Assembly: GCF_018350175.1 (NCBI RefSeq)
Contig: NC_058368.1
Span: 47,308,001-47,372,000, forward strand
Length of the DNA: 64,000 nucleotides
Direction of reading: 5' to 3'
DNA from: Felis catus
Taxonomy: Eukaryota
Shown: in pieces, positions 26,900 through 40,707 of the stretch
How positions within the stretch are numbered: the stretch's first letter is position 1
Layout: every line of letters begins with the position of its first letter
Notes under the pieces: model-generated
Told to the model about the DNA's origin: nothing
Database searches by the model: none
The model's input: only the letters and a program-made list of their open reading frames with translations
Made by a program: the position numbers and the translations under genes

Positions 26900-27130
26900 G
26901 AGCACGACAGTGATGGAACCGGGTGTGCAGCCAGACTGCCTGAGGCTAACTCGTCCTCTGCCATTTCCTAGTGATACGAGCTGGGATAAGTTATTTGACC
27001 TTTCTAGATCTCAGTTATCTTACCAGTTAAATGGTAACAGTTTCCCTGATTATGAAGATTGAGTGAGTTAATGTAAATAATTTACTTAGAATCACGTGAG
27101 ACACAGAGCATACACCCAATAAGGGTGTAT
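26900..27130 (+). mobile_element. MIR SINE
   Basis: gcagccagactgcctgagg..tctgccattt..aagttatttgacc..ctcagtt. Confidence 0.8.
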
Positions 27131-28089
27131 TTTGAACAATATCTGAAGAACCTTTTCTCTCACAATCATCACACGTTCCCTTGTGTATAGGGAAATCATT
27201 TTTCTCTTGAGGAATCTGGTTAACTCTCCTAACGTCTTCTCTGATTTCCTCATTTGCAATTAGCTCCATGGAAAATAATCACCATTTTCACAGGAGACCA
27301 CGTTTCCATTTGAGATCGGATATCCTCACCAGGTTCCAAGACTGCAAAGCTTCCCCAAACACACCCTAACCTATCTTTACAAACAATGATAAATCCTTTT
27401 GCACCTGTCTATAAACGTACCTAGTACCTATTGGGCTATTCTCCTTTGAATGTTATTCATTCTCCTTTAAACGCATCTTGTTGTTCTCTACCTCTGACTC
27501 TGGACTTAGATCTCCCTGCTTTCTTGAAATGCCTTTTTCAATCATTGCTTTCACATTTTCCCACACTCCCTAAAACCATCTCTCACCTCTGAACTCGGTA
27601 TCGCCCCCACCTGGCAGTCATCATGAACTGCCTTAATCACAATAAGGCAGTTCACCTGTATCTATGCACTTGCCAGCTTACAAAATGCTTTCACATACAG
27701 TGTCTCTTTTGATCCGCACAGCGATCTGATGAGATAGTAAAACTGTGATTATTATCCCCATTTTACCGGAAATTAACTCCTCATCGTGAAAACACATCTG
27801 GTTTCTGCCTAAAATGAAGCTCCTCCAGACCAAAGACATTATAGGCTTCTCTTAGTTTTCTTGCACACAAAACATATTTACTCTGGAACTGATCTACTGC
27901 CCAAATCATTGCTACCAATAAAAATAGCAAACACTTTTGAATGCCTTGTACATATCTCTGGGCTAACACATATGGTTGTCATTTACTTATTTAACAGTAC
28001 ATTGAATATCTGCTGTGTGCACACGCTGTGCTCCATTTTGAGACCCCTTGCTTTCCTAGGCCCTCTTTGTTTCTAGGTCTACATTAAGG

Positions 28090-28265
28090 TTATGTAAAAG
28101 AGCACTGGATTACACACCTAAAGACCAGAATCAAGTTCAGCTTCTGCTAACACAGGTGCAGAACTTCTTGTGCACTTCTGGAATGGAGTTTCCTCATCTA
28201 CAACATGGAGATAATCTCTAATCTGACCATCTCATGAGATTATGAAGATCGAATAAGATAGGCAA
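28090..28265 (+). mobile_element. MIR-family SINE
   Basis: aaaagagcactggat..agtttcctcatctacaacatggagataat. Confidence 0.65.
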
Positions 28266-29881
28266 GGGCTTTATATGCCTCATGAAAAGATTAAATTATC
28301 AATGTTATGCACTTATTAAGAGATGGTCCTTGCCCCTGCAATCCCATAATTTAGTTGAGAAGAGAAGAAACGTATGTAAGAAGACAAATTACAAGATAAA
28401 ATGACATGCGCTAAGTGAGAGGAGGTGGAATTGTGTAATAATCTAGAAAGAAAATGTGAAAAGGCTTTAAAATTTGGAAGATTGAAACATTATTCCAAAT
28501 CTTAGTTTGTCCCCTCTTTCATTAATGTTCAAATGGTGAAAATATCTATTCTTCCTGTGGGGATTAACTTTCAACCAGAAATTGGATTACCTGTTTGGGT
28601 TTTTTAAATGTTTTTAATGCCCTGCATTACTGTGTCAGGATTTACCCAGGTTCGTTTCATTCTTGGACATATATTCCAATGAAATTGTAAGAGTTATCGC
28701 CCCCCCAATTTCTGAGGTAGAAAGAATAGGAGAAAATGTAAGGAAGCTGCTCTTTGATCTCCATGCACATCAATTACAGGTAATAAATCCCCCTGCAGTT
28801 GGAGCTAAGACAGGATCTCAAAAGCACATGGACTTTTCCTAGTAGAAAACAGAAACCAAATAGTGACTATTTGTTGTTTAGATTTATTTTGTGAGTAATG
28901 TAACTGAAAAAACAACCCAGCATTGAAGGATGTATCATTTTTAATCTCAGCACTTTTAGCTACTGCCAACACCAGATAGAGTATCTTATTGCAATAATTC
29001 AAGGATTTCTCTATTAGTTTCTCTAAGCCCTTAAAGCAAATGAAGCTCTTATGATATAAAACACCTTCTTTCTATATTTTTTTCTCAGCTCTCAAGCCTA
29101 AATGCATTTCAGGGTAGAATTTTAAATGAACTAGATAAATGAAATTCTATCTAACTGTATTAATTTTTGACACTCTTTTTATGATTCTTTTAAAAAGAAC
29201 ATAGAAACGAATTGCAGCTCAGGCTGCTGTACAGTCATGATGAATAGCATGCTACAAATAATATTTTTTTTCAAACTTTTGAAAGAACAATTTAGATGTT
29301 TAATCTCTTAGGTGGGTTTACAAACACCCTCCATTGATAATTGACTAAGGAGCTATGAATGAGGTTTCTTAAACAAAGAAAAGCACTCGTATATTAAAGG
29401 AAGCATTTTCATACTTTTTCTTCCTATTGTTTAACCTTTCGTTCCCATCACAAATATCTACACGTAGTTCTTATCTCTGACCTTGAGGGACGGTATAGCT
29501 TTATCGAGGCTTCCTTTTAGATCACAGATGACCTTCAGCTGATGTCATTGAGCTCTGACCTGCCTCAGTGATCTGTTCACACAAAATACATATGCTGAAC
29601 AGTGCTGGTGTGTGCAGTAGGGGTAAGTGAATTATTTACAAAAATTTGAGTTGACACCTTTTATCAAATGTGGAAAGATGAAGACAAAACAGCTGCTATT
29701 GCTGTCGTAAGCAATCTGCTGGTGATTGAATAAAAGTGTCAAGAAAATGGCTGCTTGATGGCCTTTTGTTCTCCCTCATCCAGCTTGATGTTAGTTTGAG
29801 CTGTCAGTTAGGAATCACGGCAGTGTGATTTATCAATAGACTGAGTGACCTTCTATTTTAGTTTGTGGTAGACCTAGAAGA

Positions 29882-29898
29882 CAGCGCCCTCTACTGCG
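29882..29898 (-). promoter_or_regulatory. Strong candidate CTCF site
   Basis: Minus strand cgcagtagagggcgctg, close to the CTCF core with CpGs retained, in apparently unique sequence. Confidence 0.65.
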
Positions 29899-32814
29899 AA
29901 CACACAGCATTTCCTCTTAGAGTGCCATCAGTCTGAGTGAGTGGTTTGCATTTGCTAGAAGCAACTCACCCTAATGATAATTATGGCTTTTTAAAGTTCG
30001 TCCTGTTTCAATTGCCTCCACACATTTATTAAAAATTAGCAAAATTCAAAAAAAAACTTCAAGCGTATTTCTATACCTTCCAGCAAACTAATTTAGAAAA
30101 TCAGTATTTCAGATAAAATGCTTCCTCCTTGCTAATTAAACTGCAGAATAAGGAAACATTATCTTTGATAGCAAACTGAATCTTTAAATAGTGTTTGGAT
30201 TATATTGATATTAATAACCCATCTGCATTAACTCAAATTATTTTATAGTATCTATTTTTTAAAAAGGGATTTAGACTTCTTTTTCTGACATAATGTTGGG
30301 GTGTCCTCAGGGAAAGATAATATTATCAATTATTTTGTGAAACCTTGAGTGACATGAAACCATAGTGGACCAGGACCTTACAAACGAGTATTCCCACTGC
30401 CATCGTGTAGATATATACATTGTTTTAAATGGGACTTACTGATTTAATGGGTATTTATTTGATCCAAGACTCAAATAGTTGAAAGTAAATTATGAGAAAG
30501 AGGATTTCCAGCAGTTATTGAAAAGGAAATAATGAATACATTTAAAAGGATTAAAATGGGCTTAGTTGATTTCTAATAACCCACAATCTTTTCACGTGAA
30601 TTTCTAATTTGCTACAAGGTGGAGCCAATTTTTGTTCTTCCAAAACCTGTTAGATACCCACTATTTCAAAGACGTTTATTTTCTGTGAGCAATATTTGGT
30701 AATTTTTTTTTGTTTTCACGTCTCATATTTTAAAATCAGGCATGAAAAATAATTGCGCAAGTATCATTTCGTTGGCTGTATCACAGACTTAACTACTCAA
30801 AGATACCATCCCGGGGTTATCTTTCCTCAGTCTCTTATATGTTGCTTCCATTGCACCTCAGACTAGGGCAGGCTAGGTTAGGAGTATAAAAAGATATGCA
30901 TCACTAATTCACAAAAGGTCCACTTTGTACTCCATGCTCTTTCCTCCTTGATTTAATTTGGTCCATGAGAAGGCTTCCTCGCTCTCGCTTAAATCCACAG
31001 AAACACCACAAACAGATTCAAGCCTGGGGTTCAGACCTCAGTTCTTTGCATGAGCTTTGACTTTTTCCTCTCCGTCCTGATATACATACACACCATGACT
31101 TGTTCATAAAAGATCTGCAGCAAAGTTGAATAATATGTAAATTTTATGTTGTAATGAATTAGGTCCTAAGATCTTTAAAGGTCAGACACCTGGTATAATA
31201 CATCACATTCTTTAATATCAACTACAAAATAACTGTAATAAATTTCTCCAACACCACATCCTCACACACTGTTACCCACAAGGAAGCACCAAAGGAAATG
31301 TGTCATTTGTCAAAACATGCAGAAAAACTGGCATGTGTACAAGTCACTTTAAAAGCAATGCTCAGGTTAGAAATAGCTTTCCAAAGAATATTTTGTGGTT
31401 AAACAAAGAAAAACACATTAGTGCTTGACTGAAAGCATCTCCTGATATATAAAAAGAATAAGAAAGAAACAACTAACGTTCTAGGATATATGATAAAATC
31501 ATTTTAATTAGTTGCAGGATAATGTATAATTTATAGGCAAAGAGCCTTATTTGATTATCTTTAAGGAAAAATTCAACAGGCATGGAAATTTAAGCATGGA
31601 TGAGTGAGTGGGCTATTATAAAAATGCACAGTATCTGAGTTACAGAAATATGATAGTTGCTATTAAAATAAAAACATTTATTTCTTTTATAACGCTATTT
31701 TCAAGCTTCACTTACAAGTCTCTATTATAGGAGCATGTCTATCAGAAAGGGAAGGAAGAGGGATTTGCCCACAAATAAAGCAGACTTTGGGGATTAAAAA
31801 AAAATGCAAGCCCACATAAACACCTGCTTTCATTCCCATCCACCCCGTGTCCCTATTCTGCAAGAGTGTATTTTGTTAACTTAAGATACAGTAAAATGAA
31901 CATGGAAGCAGAAATGTTCTCTTTTAGGGTTTCTGGTGTGAATCCAGATAGGTCCCTGATAAGTTTTTGCAATGCTATTGAAGATATGCCCTTAAAATAT
32001 ACATTGCAAGTGGTTATTTTATATATATATCCTTGGTTTTGTAATGCATTTTCAAATAGGGATTGAGACTGTATTTGAGAAATAATTGAATGGATTTCTC
32101 AGTTTAAATAGTATTTGTGTTAGTATTTGTGTTTTGTAACTTGAATATGCTTAGAGAAAGTGCTGTGATCACTTAAACAACCAAATTTACTTTTTCCAAC
32201 ATATTCTATAATGGTTCTGCTAGCACGTACATATGGCACCAGTCAATAGTCACAGAGTGGAAATTTTGTCCAGATCATTAAGAGGCACCCCATGAGTAAA
32301 AAAATCGAAGCCAGTATAGTTTTCGTATTTGAACATTCTGGAAAATTGCCCAAATCTCACCCTTTAAATGCATATACATAAAGTTAAACAAAATATTCAT
32401 ATCCTTTATAGCCAGATCTAAAATGGACTTTCTAAGCTGGGGAGAATGAACTCTGCCCCCCACAGCAGCTGAACACCTGTGTTCTTGCTCCCAACAAATC
32501 CAGCATAGAGCTCATTAGACAAACTGAGGGAAGTAAAGAGATCTAACGTGAACCTTTCAGTGTTTAAATATATTCGTTCAAAATGGGCAGAGAACATAAA
32601 GAAACAATTTAAAGAAATGTAGTAATCAAAAGAAAGCAACTTAAAGTAAATTGACCCTAAAACATATTTTAGACCATAACACATACTGCTCATGAAGGTG
32701 TAGTAGGAACATGTCCATACTCTGATGGTGGACGTGTGTATATTTTTAGTTTTTAGTTTTCTGGAAAATAATTCCAGAAAGCAGGAATCTCGTAGAGAAT
32801 TTGGCAGCATGACC

Positions 32815-33120
32815 CATTCATTCTTTCATCCAACAATGTTTATGAGTGCTTAGATTGTGTCTAACAGTGAACATACAGACCAAAAAAAAAAAAAAACAAA
32901 AAACCAAATCCCTGCTGTCATGGAGCTGATATTTTGATAAGCAAGCAAATAATTAAATAGCCAGCATGTCAGATATCAGTAAGAGAAATGGAAAAATCAA
33001 ATTTTAATTTGCAGGGAAGAGAGCAGAGGTATATGGCTCTTTTAAATAGAACAGTTAAAAGTAGCTTTATTAAAAGGTGGCATTTGAGCAAAGAACAGAA
33101 AGAAGTTAGGGTTATTGAGT
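32815..33120 (-). mobile_element. L2 fragment
   Basis: cattcattctttcatccaacaatgtttatgagtgc..ccctgctgtcatggagctgatatt..aaggtggcatttgagcaaaga. Confidence 0.75.
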
Positions 33121-33737
33121 GGAAGAGCCCCCAGCATGGTTGATCTCAGAATTCTCCCTAGATTGAGCTCCATGCCATCAGATTCGTTTTCTACCAGCCA
33201 TGAAGGTGGGGGAAAGCTCACTTCCCACCGTACTCTTTGCTGTGGTGACTATGTTGCAGCCCTGCAAACTGAATATCCTGGACTAGAGAATCCAAACCCA
33301 TCTCAGCCAGTGATGCCGGGACCCTGCACCCAGACGCCCCAGCCCAGGGAGCTGTCCTCAGTGCTGACAGGTGGCTGGGCTGTGGCGCTGGAGCAGACAG
33401 CAGGATAGAGTGAGTCCCTTGCATGCCCCTGAGCAGAGGGAGCTCGGCCTACTATGACACCCCCATGAGCACTCAGCCTGACTCTTCCCTTCCTGTTCCA
33501 GTTCTGAGAGTTCTCTGAGAGAACTTATATTGGTACTCCTCATCTATCCTTGGGAATTGGCAGAAAGCAAAACCAAATATATGTTTAAAGTTATTCACGA
33601 GTTACTTATAAAAGAAAATACTCAGTGAGAGGCAAGATCACAATTAAATGTGTATTTACAATGAATTAGACATAGGTGAACAAAGAAAACAAAGACAGAA
33701 AAAGAAATTTATTAATGTATCAGCAATAGTTATTGAG

Positions 33738-33950
33738 CAGGGGCCAGTAAGCTATGGCCCAAGGTGCCAACTCTGACCAAAGGTTGTTTTTGTACAATTT
33801 TGCTGGAACACAACCATGCACCTTTGTGTAGCTGCTTTTGCAACACAACAGAGTTGGGCCTGTAGACTGTTGGGCCTACAAACCTAAACAGACTATATGG
33901 CCTAAAACATTTAATATCTGACCCTTAACAGAAAAGATTTATTTGTCCTT
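33738..33950. mobile_element. MER58-like (hAT-Charlie) DNA transposon
   Basis: caggggccagtaagctatggccc..ggaacacaaccatgcac..cctaaaacatttaatatctgacccttaacagaaaag. Confidence 0.8.
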
Positions 33951-34039
33951 AATCTACAAAGTTCAGTTGCAGCTGTTTTAATTTCCTCCTATATCTCTCC
34001 ATTTTCTATTTTCTTTTCAGATAAAAATATAGGACGGTT

Positions 34040-34262
34040 GGGGTACCTGGGTGGCTCAGTCAGTTGAGCGTCTGACCCTTGGTTTCTGCTCAGGTCAGGA
34101 TCTTATGATTCGTGAGTTTGAGCCCTGTGGCGGGCTATGCGCTGACAGTGTGGAGCCTGCTTGGAATTCTCTCTCTCCCTCTCTCTCTCTGCCCCTTCCC
34201 AACTCATGTGTGCACGCACACACTCTCTCACTCTCTCAAAATATATAAATAAACTTTCAAAA
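34040..34262 (+). mobile_element. Can-SINE (SINEC)
   Basis: Head, CT tract and tail; degenerate TSD aaaaatata..ga(c/t)ggtt. Confidence 0.95.
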
Positions 34263-34429
34263 ATATATATGATGGTTCTAGTCAGAAAAAGAAGGTAAAT
34301 AAATAATTTTGTTATTTTCCATTGTTCTGGGAATATACTATAAAATGATGAATGGTTATTATCAAATCCAGTTTGGTCCCGAGCCATGGTTAAAGAGCTT
34401 ATAATGGAGACTATAAAGTTACTATTTAT

Positions 34430-34680
34430 GTCACAAACATTTGTGGCCCACACTTTCTACAGCTCAGGCACTGCTCTAAGTGCTTTGCAACTATTAACCC
34501 CTAATCCTCATGATAGTTCTATGAGACAGGAATTATTTTTATCCCCTTTCACAGATGAGGAGACTGAAAAACAAAGGAGTTAAATAATTCACCCCAGGTC
34601 ACATGTTTGTACCTTGGAGCCAGGATTCAAATCCCAACAGCCTAGAGCCAAGGTTTGTACTCTAAGTCCTATGTTGTGCT
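34430..34680 (-). mobile_element. MIR SINE
   Basis: caggcactgctctaagtgcttt..acagatgaggagactga..ggagccaggattcaaatccca. Confidence 0.88.
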
Positions 34681-34903
34681 GACTCCTTGTGACTATTTAA
34701 TTCTTGTATTGCCTTCTTACAAGGAAAATGTACTTTGTTCATGGTAAAAACTAGTTCTCTCAAGTTCATACTTGAAGTCCAAAATCCTTTGCAGAGGCGG
34801 AAAAGGGAAAGAAATGTGTGGGGGAGAAGAAAGGATAGATGTGGGAGGTTAAGTTTTTGTAGTGCAGACTATATTAAAAAGGTGGGCCATGGGAAGGAGT
34901 GTG

Positions 34904-35270
34904 GTGCATTAGTCAAGATTCTCCAGAGAAACAGAACCAATTGTGTGTAGAGAAAGATTTGCTTTTCACAAATTGGTTTAAAATTGTGGGGACTAGAAAG
35001 TCTGAATTCTACAGGCCAGCAGGCTGGAGACCCAGGAAAGAGCTGATGCTGCGGCTTGAATCTGAAGGCAGGAAGCAATGTTCCTTCTTTCTTGGGGAAC
35101 CTCATTCTTTTTCTCCACATTATGGAGAGTAATATGCTTTACTCAAAGTCTACTGATTTAAGGTTAATGTCATCTTTTAGATGAGATCACAGTGACATCT
35201 AGACTGGTAATTGACCTAATATCTGGGCACCATGGCCTAGCCAAATGGACACATTAAATTAACTATCAAA
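34904..35270 (-). mobile_element. MLT2-type (ERVL) solo LTR
   Basis: attagtcaagattctccagagaaacagaacca ... ggcctagccaaatggacacattaaattaactatca, the reverse of the MLT2 start. Confidence 0.85.
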
Positions 35271-36978
35271 TCTGAGCAAATGAATGAAAAGGAGGGAAAG
35301 AAAAAGAAAGAAGACTAAGGGACACAGCTACAGTAAGCTAGAGGACTCCCGAAGAGGAATGAATACTCTTCTTCCCTTAAGTTGTTTATAATCTAGTAGG
35401 AGAAACAGACAAGCCAACAGAAAATTCACAGTTGTAGATGGGCTCATGCCTTAACTCTCAACAGAGATTTGAACACATCTGAGTGTGAGTGGTCAATGGG
35501 TGGACAAGCAGCTTAGGACACTGGCAAAAATGTCTGAGTTAGAAGGGAGGAGAAGTTTGGTCAAGGAGGATTTGGGGTGGGAGAAGGGTTGGAAAGGGCA
35601 GCAAGGAGCCTCATATTATATTCCTGATCCTGTGCTGCTAGCAAAATGGAAATACTTGTCTTCATAAGGCATTCTGTGACCTTCAGGAGCACCAGGCATG
35701 CCGCTTTGGTGAATAGGAGGCGGTGTGATGAGAGTGGGGTTGGGTAACCCAGCTTCAACTTCTAAGTAGCAAAAACTCCAAGGACTTCTCTACCACTTCT
35801 AGACCTTCAGAGTGCACAGCTTGAGGAGGTCCAGGGAACAATAGTTTGCATCTCCAAGTGGTGGTGGAGGGGCCTCAAATGAGTATCCAAGAAGTGTTTG
35901 AGCAACGGACATGGGTGAGGCCGGGTGGCAGGTTACTGCACATAAACAAATATCAGACATGCCTGGAGAATCTTCAGGGAGCCTGTGCATGGGCTCCTGG
36001 GGTCTTAGGGTTGGGTTAATGCTGTTCTTAGCCTGTTAATATGATAGGCTGAGGAAACCACGCCCATCACTTGTTTTGATGGACATAAACAGTGTGATGC
36101 AGAGAAACAGGGAGGCTCAAGAGATCTTTGGAGTTTGGGCAACTGCATATATTCTGTGTAATTTGAGCATGAATTACACATCAGGGTAAGATGGAGAAAC
36201 ACAGTGTCTCTGAATTCACAGACCTTTTCAGATAAGTCTTATTCAGACTGAATCACTGAACTACCTGATTCTTCTTTCCACTTGTCTCTATCCATTAGTC
36301 CCCAGTACCTTCACTCAAATTCATCTTCTTTGTTACGCATCCTTCCCCCGCCCCCAAGAAAATGTCCTTACTCATTTGCAGACTAATAAATACCAAACTT
36401 GTTTGATTGAGAACAAAAGCAGAATGTAAGCTCCATCAGGGCAGGAATTTCATTTCTGTTATTCACTATTTTTTCCCTGCAGCTTGACAGAGAGTAGTCA
36501 GACAAGATATATTGCTAAGAAAAAACAAAAAACAACTCTGTGTCCTTTCATTTTGGAGATTAATAGAAACTTGTAATACCATAGAAAAGTTCAAGAAGAT
36601 ATAAAATGGCTTAGCAGAATGCCCACCACAGAGTGGTCAGCAAACGTCAGCTGTTATTATTTATATAAAGAAAAATAAGAACAAAAATTAATTTTTAGAA
36701 AACAAAATATTAAGCTTGTAGTCACCAGATTATGAAGGGCCACTGTGCCATACTGAGATGTTTAAGTTTTATCTAAAGGCAAGGTAAAACTTCAGAGAAT
36801 TTTAAGCAAAGGAATAAATGGTATGTATTACATTTTAAAGAGGCTTCTCTCGTAGCAGTGTGAAGAACAAAATGGAATGAATTTTGAGAATGCAGAACAA
36901 TAGAAAGGAGGTTGCAGATTGGAAAGGTATCTGGAAGGTAAAATTGGCAGAGATGTGAAGTAATTTAAGAAAAGGGAA

Positions 36979-37197
36979 GGGTGTCTGGGTGGCTCAGGTA
37001 GTTGAGCATCCGACTTTGGCTCAGGTCATGATCTCATGGTTCGTGAGTTTGAGCCCCACGTTGGACTCTCTGCTGTCAGTGCAGAGCCTCCTTCGGATCC
37101 TCTGTCTCCCTCTCTCTACCCTTCCCCCATTCATGCTTTCTCGCTCACTCGCTCGCTCTCTCTCTCTCTCTCTCTGAAAAACAAATAAAAAAATTTT
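36979..37197 (+). mobile_element. Can-SINE (SINEC)
   Basis: TSD aagtaatttaaga(a/g)aagg. Confidence 0.96.
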
Positions 37198-38545
37198 AAG
37201 TAATTTAAGAGAAGGAAAAAACTGAGTAAAAGAAAATGCAGCATGAATACTTTAGGCTTAAGAGAGACTTTGTTACAAATATTTTTATAAGTGGTTTACC
37301 AAGAAAGATCACACAATCTCCTTTCCTGGAGGTGTTTAGAAATGAGATGAAGCCATCTGTTTGACAGCTAGGAGGCTTGGGCTTGGTCGAAAATTGATCC
37401 ACTCTTTTAATGCTATGATTTCAACAGAAAACCAAAAAGCAGACACTATCCTGTACAGAAATAATATCCAGGATTTTTAAGGTTTTAATCATATATACAT
37501 TTTATCATCACATCTTCTTATATTGTTTTTATTTAGTTACAGTATTTTCCCCATTCACCTTTAAATATGCTATCATTCTCTGCCCATGATCTTTTTCCAA
37601 TCATGTTCTCATTATGTCCCATCACTTTATGACAATGACATTGCTGCATAGTGACTTCATTACTGTAAAGAAACAATATGAGTTTACAGCTGAAAAAAGT
37701 ATAATTAAAAGCATAAATTATGGCTGCTGTCACGACAACAGACATTAGCACTGAAGCTGAGAACATAATGCAGAAATAGGTTAGGTTTATATTACCTGAA
37801 ATCATTGTGAACTTGAGTGTTTTCTCTACAAATAATCCACCTAAAAGTTATTACCCTTTTTTAAACAAAGAAACTAGGTGAATCACCATAAATTGCATCT
37901 TTTCCAGGTCTTTTTCTCCTCTTGATACACGCAACACTGGTAGTAAAAGATGTTATAAGAATGTATCAAAGGACACAGAAAGAGATATTAGCATAAACTA
38001 GATGTCATAAAAAAAACCAACGAAGTTATGAATATATGCACTAACCAAAATCTTTAACCCTATACAAACTCTAAGGAATCTCATCCAACATGTAAAACCT
38101 AGGATGCTGCAACCACCATCTGCTAACGGAAATCACAGCTGCATCAATTCTTTAATTTTGTGAGATGGAGAGACGCCCCTGCTCCCGTTACCCATCGTCC
38201 TCTCAAGCTAGCCTAATACTGAGGCTCAGAAAGCCACTCCCCCATGGCCAGCGTGCTTCAAGACTTCAAGGCAGAAACCAAAATTTCAGCATAAGCATTC
38301 AAGAACCGTGTGCTTAGAGAAGAGAAGCTTGGGTACAATTTTAGACCTGGGAATCTTTAGCAGACATGCTTTTGCTTTAGCTGATGGGTCTCATCAATAG
38401 AGATCCACAACACATGACTATGTGTGAGCAGAGGGTGCTGGGCCTCTTCCCTGGGGGCATTGCAGTGGAAAGCCATGATTATTTTGAGGGGCTAGAGTAG
38501 ATGAGCTCTAAGATCACCACCACTCAGAGTTTTCCAAATCTACAA

Positions 38546-38546
<1 letters not shown>

Positions 38547-38585
<39 letters not shown>
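38547..38585. repeat. (CA)n microsatellite
   Basis: Direct reading. Confidence 0.99.
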
Positions 38586-38587
<2 letters not shown>

Positions 38588-38969
38588 AAAACTTTGACTC
38601 TACAAAATAAGAACAATCTGTCACCCCCAAACTATGACGTTTTCCTTTGTGTGTGTGTGTTTGTGTATCTATATCTACATATCTATATGTATGTAGATAA
38701 TATTTAAGACATGCTATATTTATATGACTTTTAGATTATTGAGTATTTTACATATCTTATGTATTACCTATCTAGGTATGTGGAGAATAGGTATGTGGAG
38801 AATATCTAAATAAGTATATGGATAAATAAAATTAGGTATACCAATTTATCAATGTATCAGAGCCTTTATATACACATGATCTATAAAGACAATAAAGTTG
38901 TATATCATCGTAAAAAATATCAATAATAATTATATCATTGCAAAAAATATCAATAATAATAATAGTAAA

Positions 38970-39120
38970 TTAGAAAACAAGAGGAAACAATTGGAGGTGA
39001 TGGGTAAATTTATGGCATAGATTGTGATAATGGTTTAATGGGTACATACTTATCTCCAAACTCATTAAGTGTATATATTAAATATGTACAGCTTTTTGTG
39101 TGTCAAAAATGAAAAAAAGA
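38970..39120 (+). mobile_element. L1MA/MB-like 3' terminal fragment
   Basis: ggaggtgatgggtaaatttatggcatagattgtgat..ccaaactcattaag..tacagctttttgt; same type as 49640-49795. Confidence 0.8.
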
Positions 39121-40707
39121 AACTACTGTTTTTCACATGCCACATAAACAAATATTTAAGTGAAAATCTCTAATCTTGACCAAATTATTTTTAAACTAGT
39201 AGCCAATGCACTGATGGGGGCATTTTAAATCTACTGAATCCTTCTGAAAGGTAATTTGGCAATGTGTTTTATGAGATTTAAAAAAGTTCACACAATTTGA
39301 CCCAATAAAATTATTCATGGCAATATCCTAAGGAAAAAAATAAAATGTAAGAAAAACATATGGGCATGCGTATTTTTATTGCAGCATTATTTACATGATG
39401 AAATGGAAGCAACAACTAAAGGACTGTATGAAATATTATGCAGCTATTATAAAGTTAATAAAGCAAAATAAATGATATAAATAAAATGTATCTAAGAGCA
39501 TGAATTCTTAAAGGTATTTGAAAAGCTTAGTCATATCTGCTCTCTGGTCCTTTAGGACTGCAGTAGGATAAGGCCCCCGATGTGGCTATTATACAAGGAG
39601 ATATCAGATTATATAAAACATATTTTCAGAAATGTTTCCACTGTTTTTATTTTTGTATGCATATAGCAAACTCACATATATCATAATTATTGAAGATTTT
39701 TACAGCTACAAAGCTAAGAGGATTATTCCCACAATATACAAAGAAATATTTCCTAAATGGTGAATTGCAGGTCATTTCGTCCTAAAATTCATCATTTCAC
39801 CACTAAGGAATCTACATATGTGATAAACAAATAAGTAGACGCGTTGAAGAGTGATTTGCCATGTTTACTAAAACGTGAGGTCTAATTTCTGTTAAAATAT
39901 TTTTCAATATTTTTAATGAATTTTAATAAAGGTTTATCAGGCGCTTGTTATGGTGCAGAACTTTTATTAAAATCTGTGATCCATAAAACGTTTTTTTTTG
40001 AATGACACATAGTTTAGTTTTTCATTTAGAGGCTATAAAAGTGTTCACAAAAGTTATGTTGAAAAAAAAGTGATTGAAAGTGCTAAAACACTGTACAGAA
40101 TATAAAATCCTTTCATAGACTTTTTATGACACATGAAACATGAGTCTTAAAGGTTTAATGTTACTGACTTTTATACAAGGCTTTTTAATTCTTGATTCCA
40201 GTTATGGTTCTGCAAATGAACTGTGACATTAAAAGGAATCAGGCTGGAACTGCCTGGGCTCACTTTCTAGATGAGTTCCGACTGGCCAGGAGAGGTTTGC
40301 TCGAGGAAGCACCCCGCCCACAACTGATGAACACTCACTTGCTCGCACGTAGCAGAGGAGTGAGCCTGCCTGACAGATTCCCTCCTACCTAAATTCAGTA
40401 TTAATGCTGGGGAGGGCACCCAGACTACTGTTAGCAAATATGAAGTGTGAAGAATGACTATGCCTTAGTCCTTGTTTCTTTAATGTCGTACACCATTTAC
40501 TGCTATAATTGCAATGTTGTCTTGGTGAACTACAGAGCCAATACTGCTGTCTGTCCCATTAATATAATGGATAGAAATTCACTTTGGTTCTACCTTTTGG
40601 GAATTTTGAGTCAAGGACCTGACCTGAACCCAGCACAAAAGACAAATTCACCATTTTTTTTTGTTAATCGTTAGCACTTGGATTCAGCCAGATAAAGTTT
40701 CCATTTT

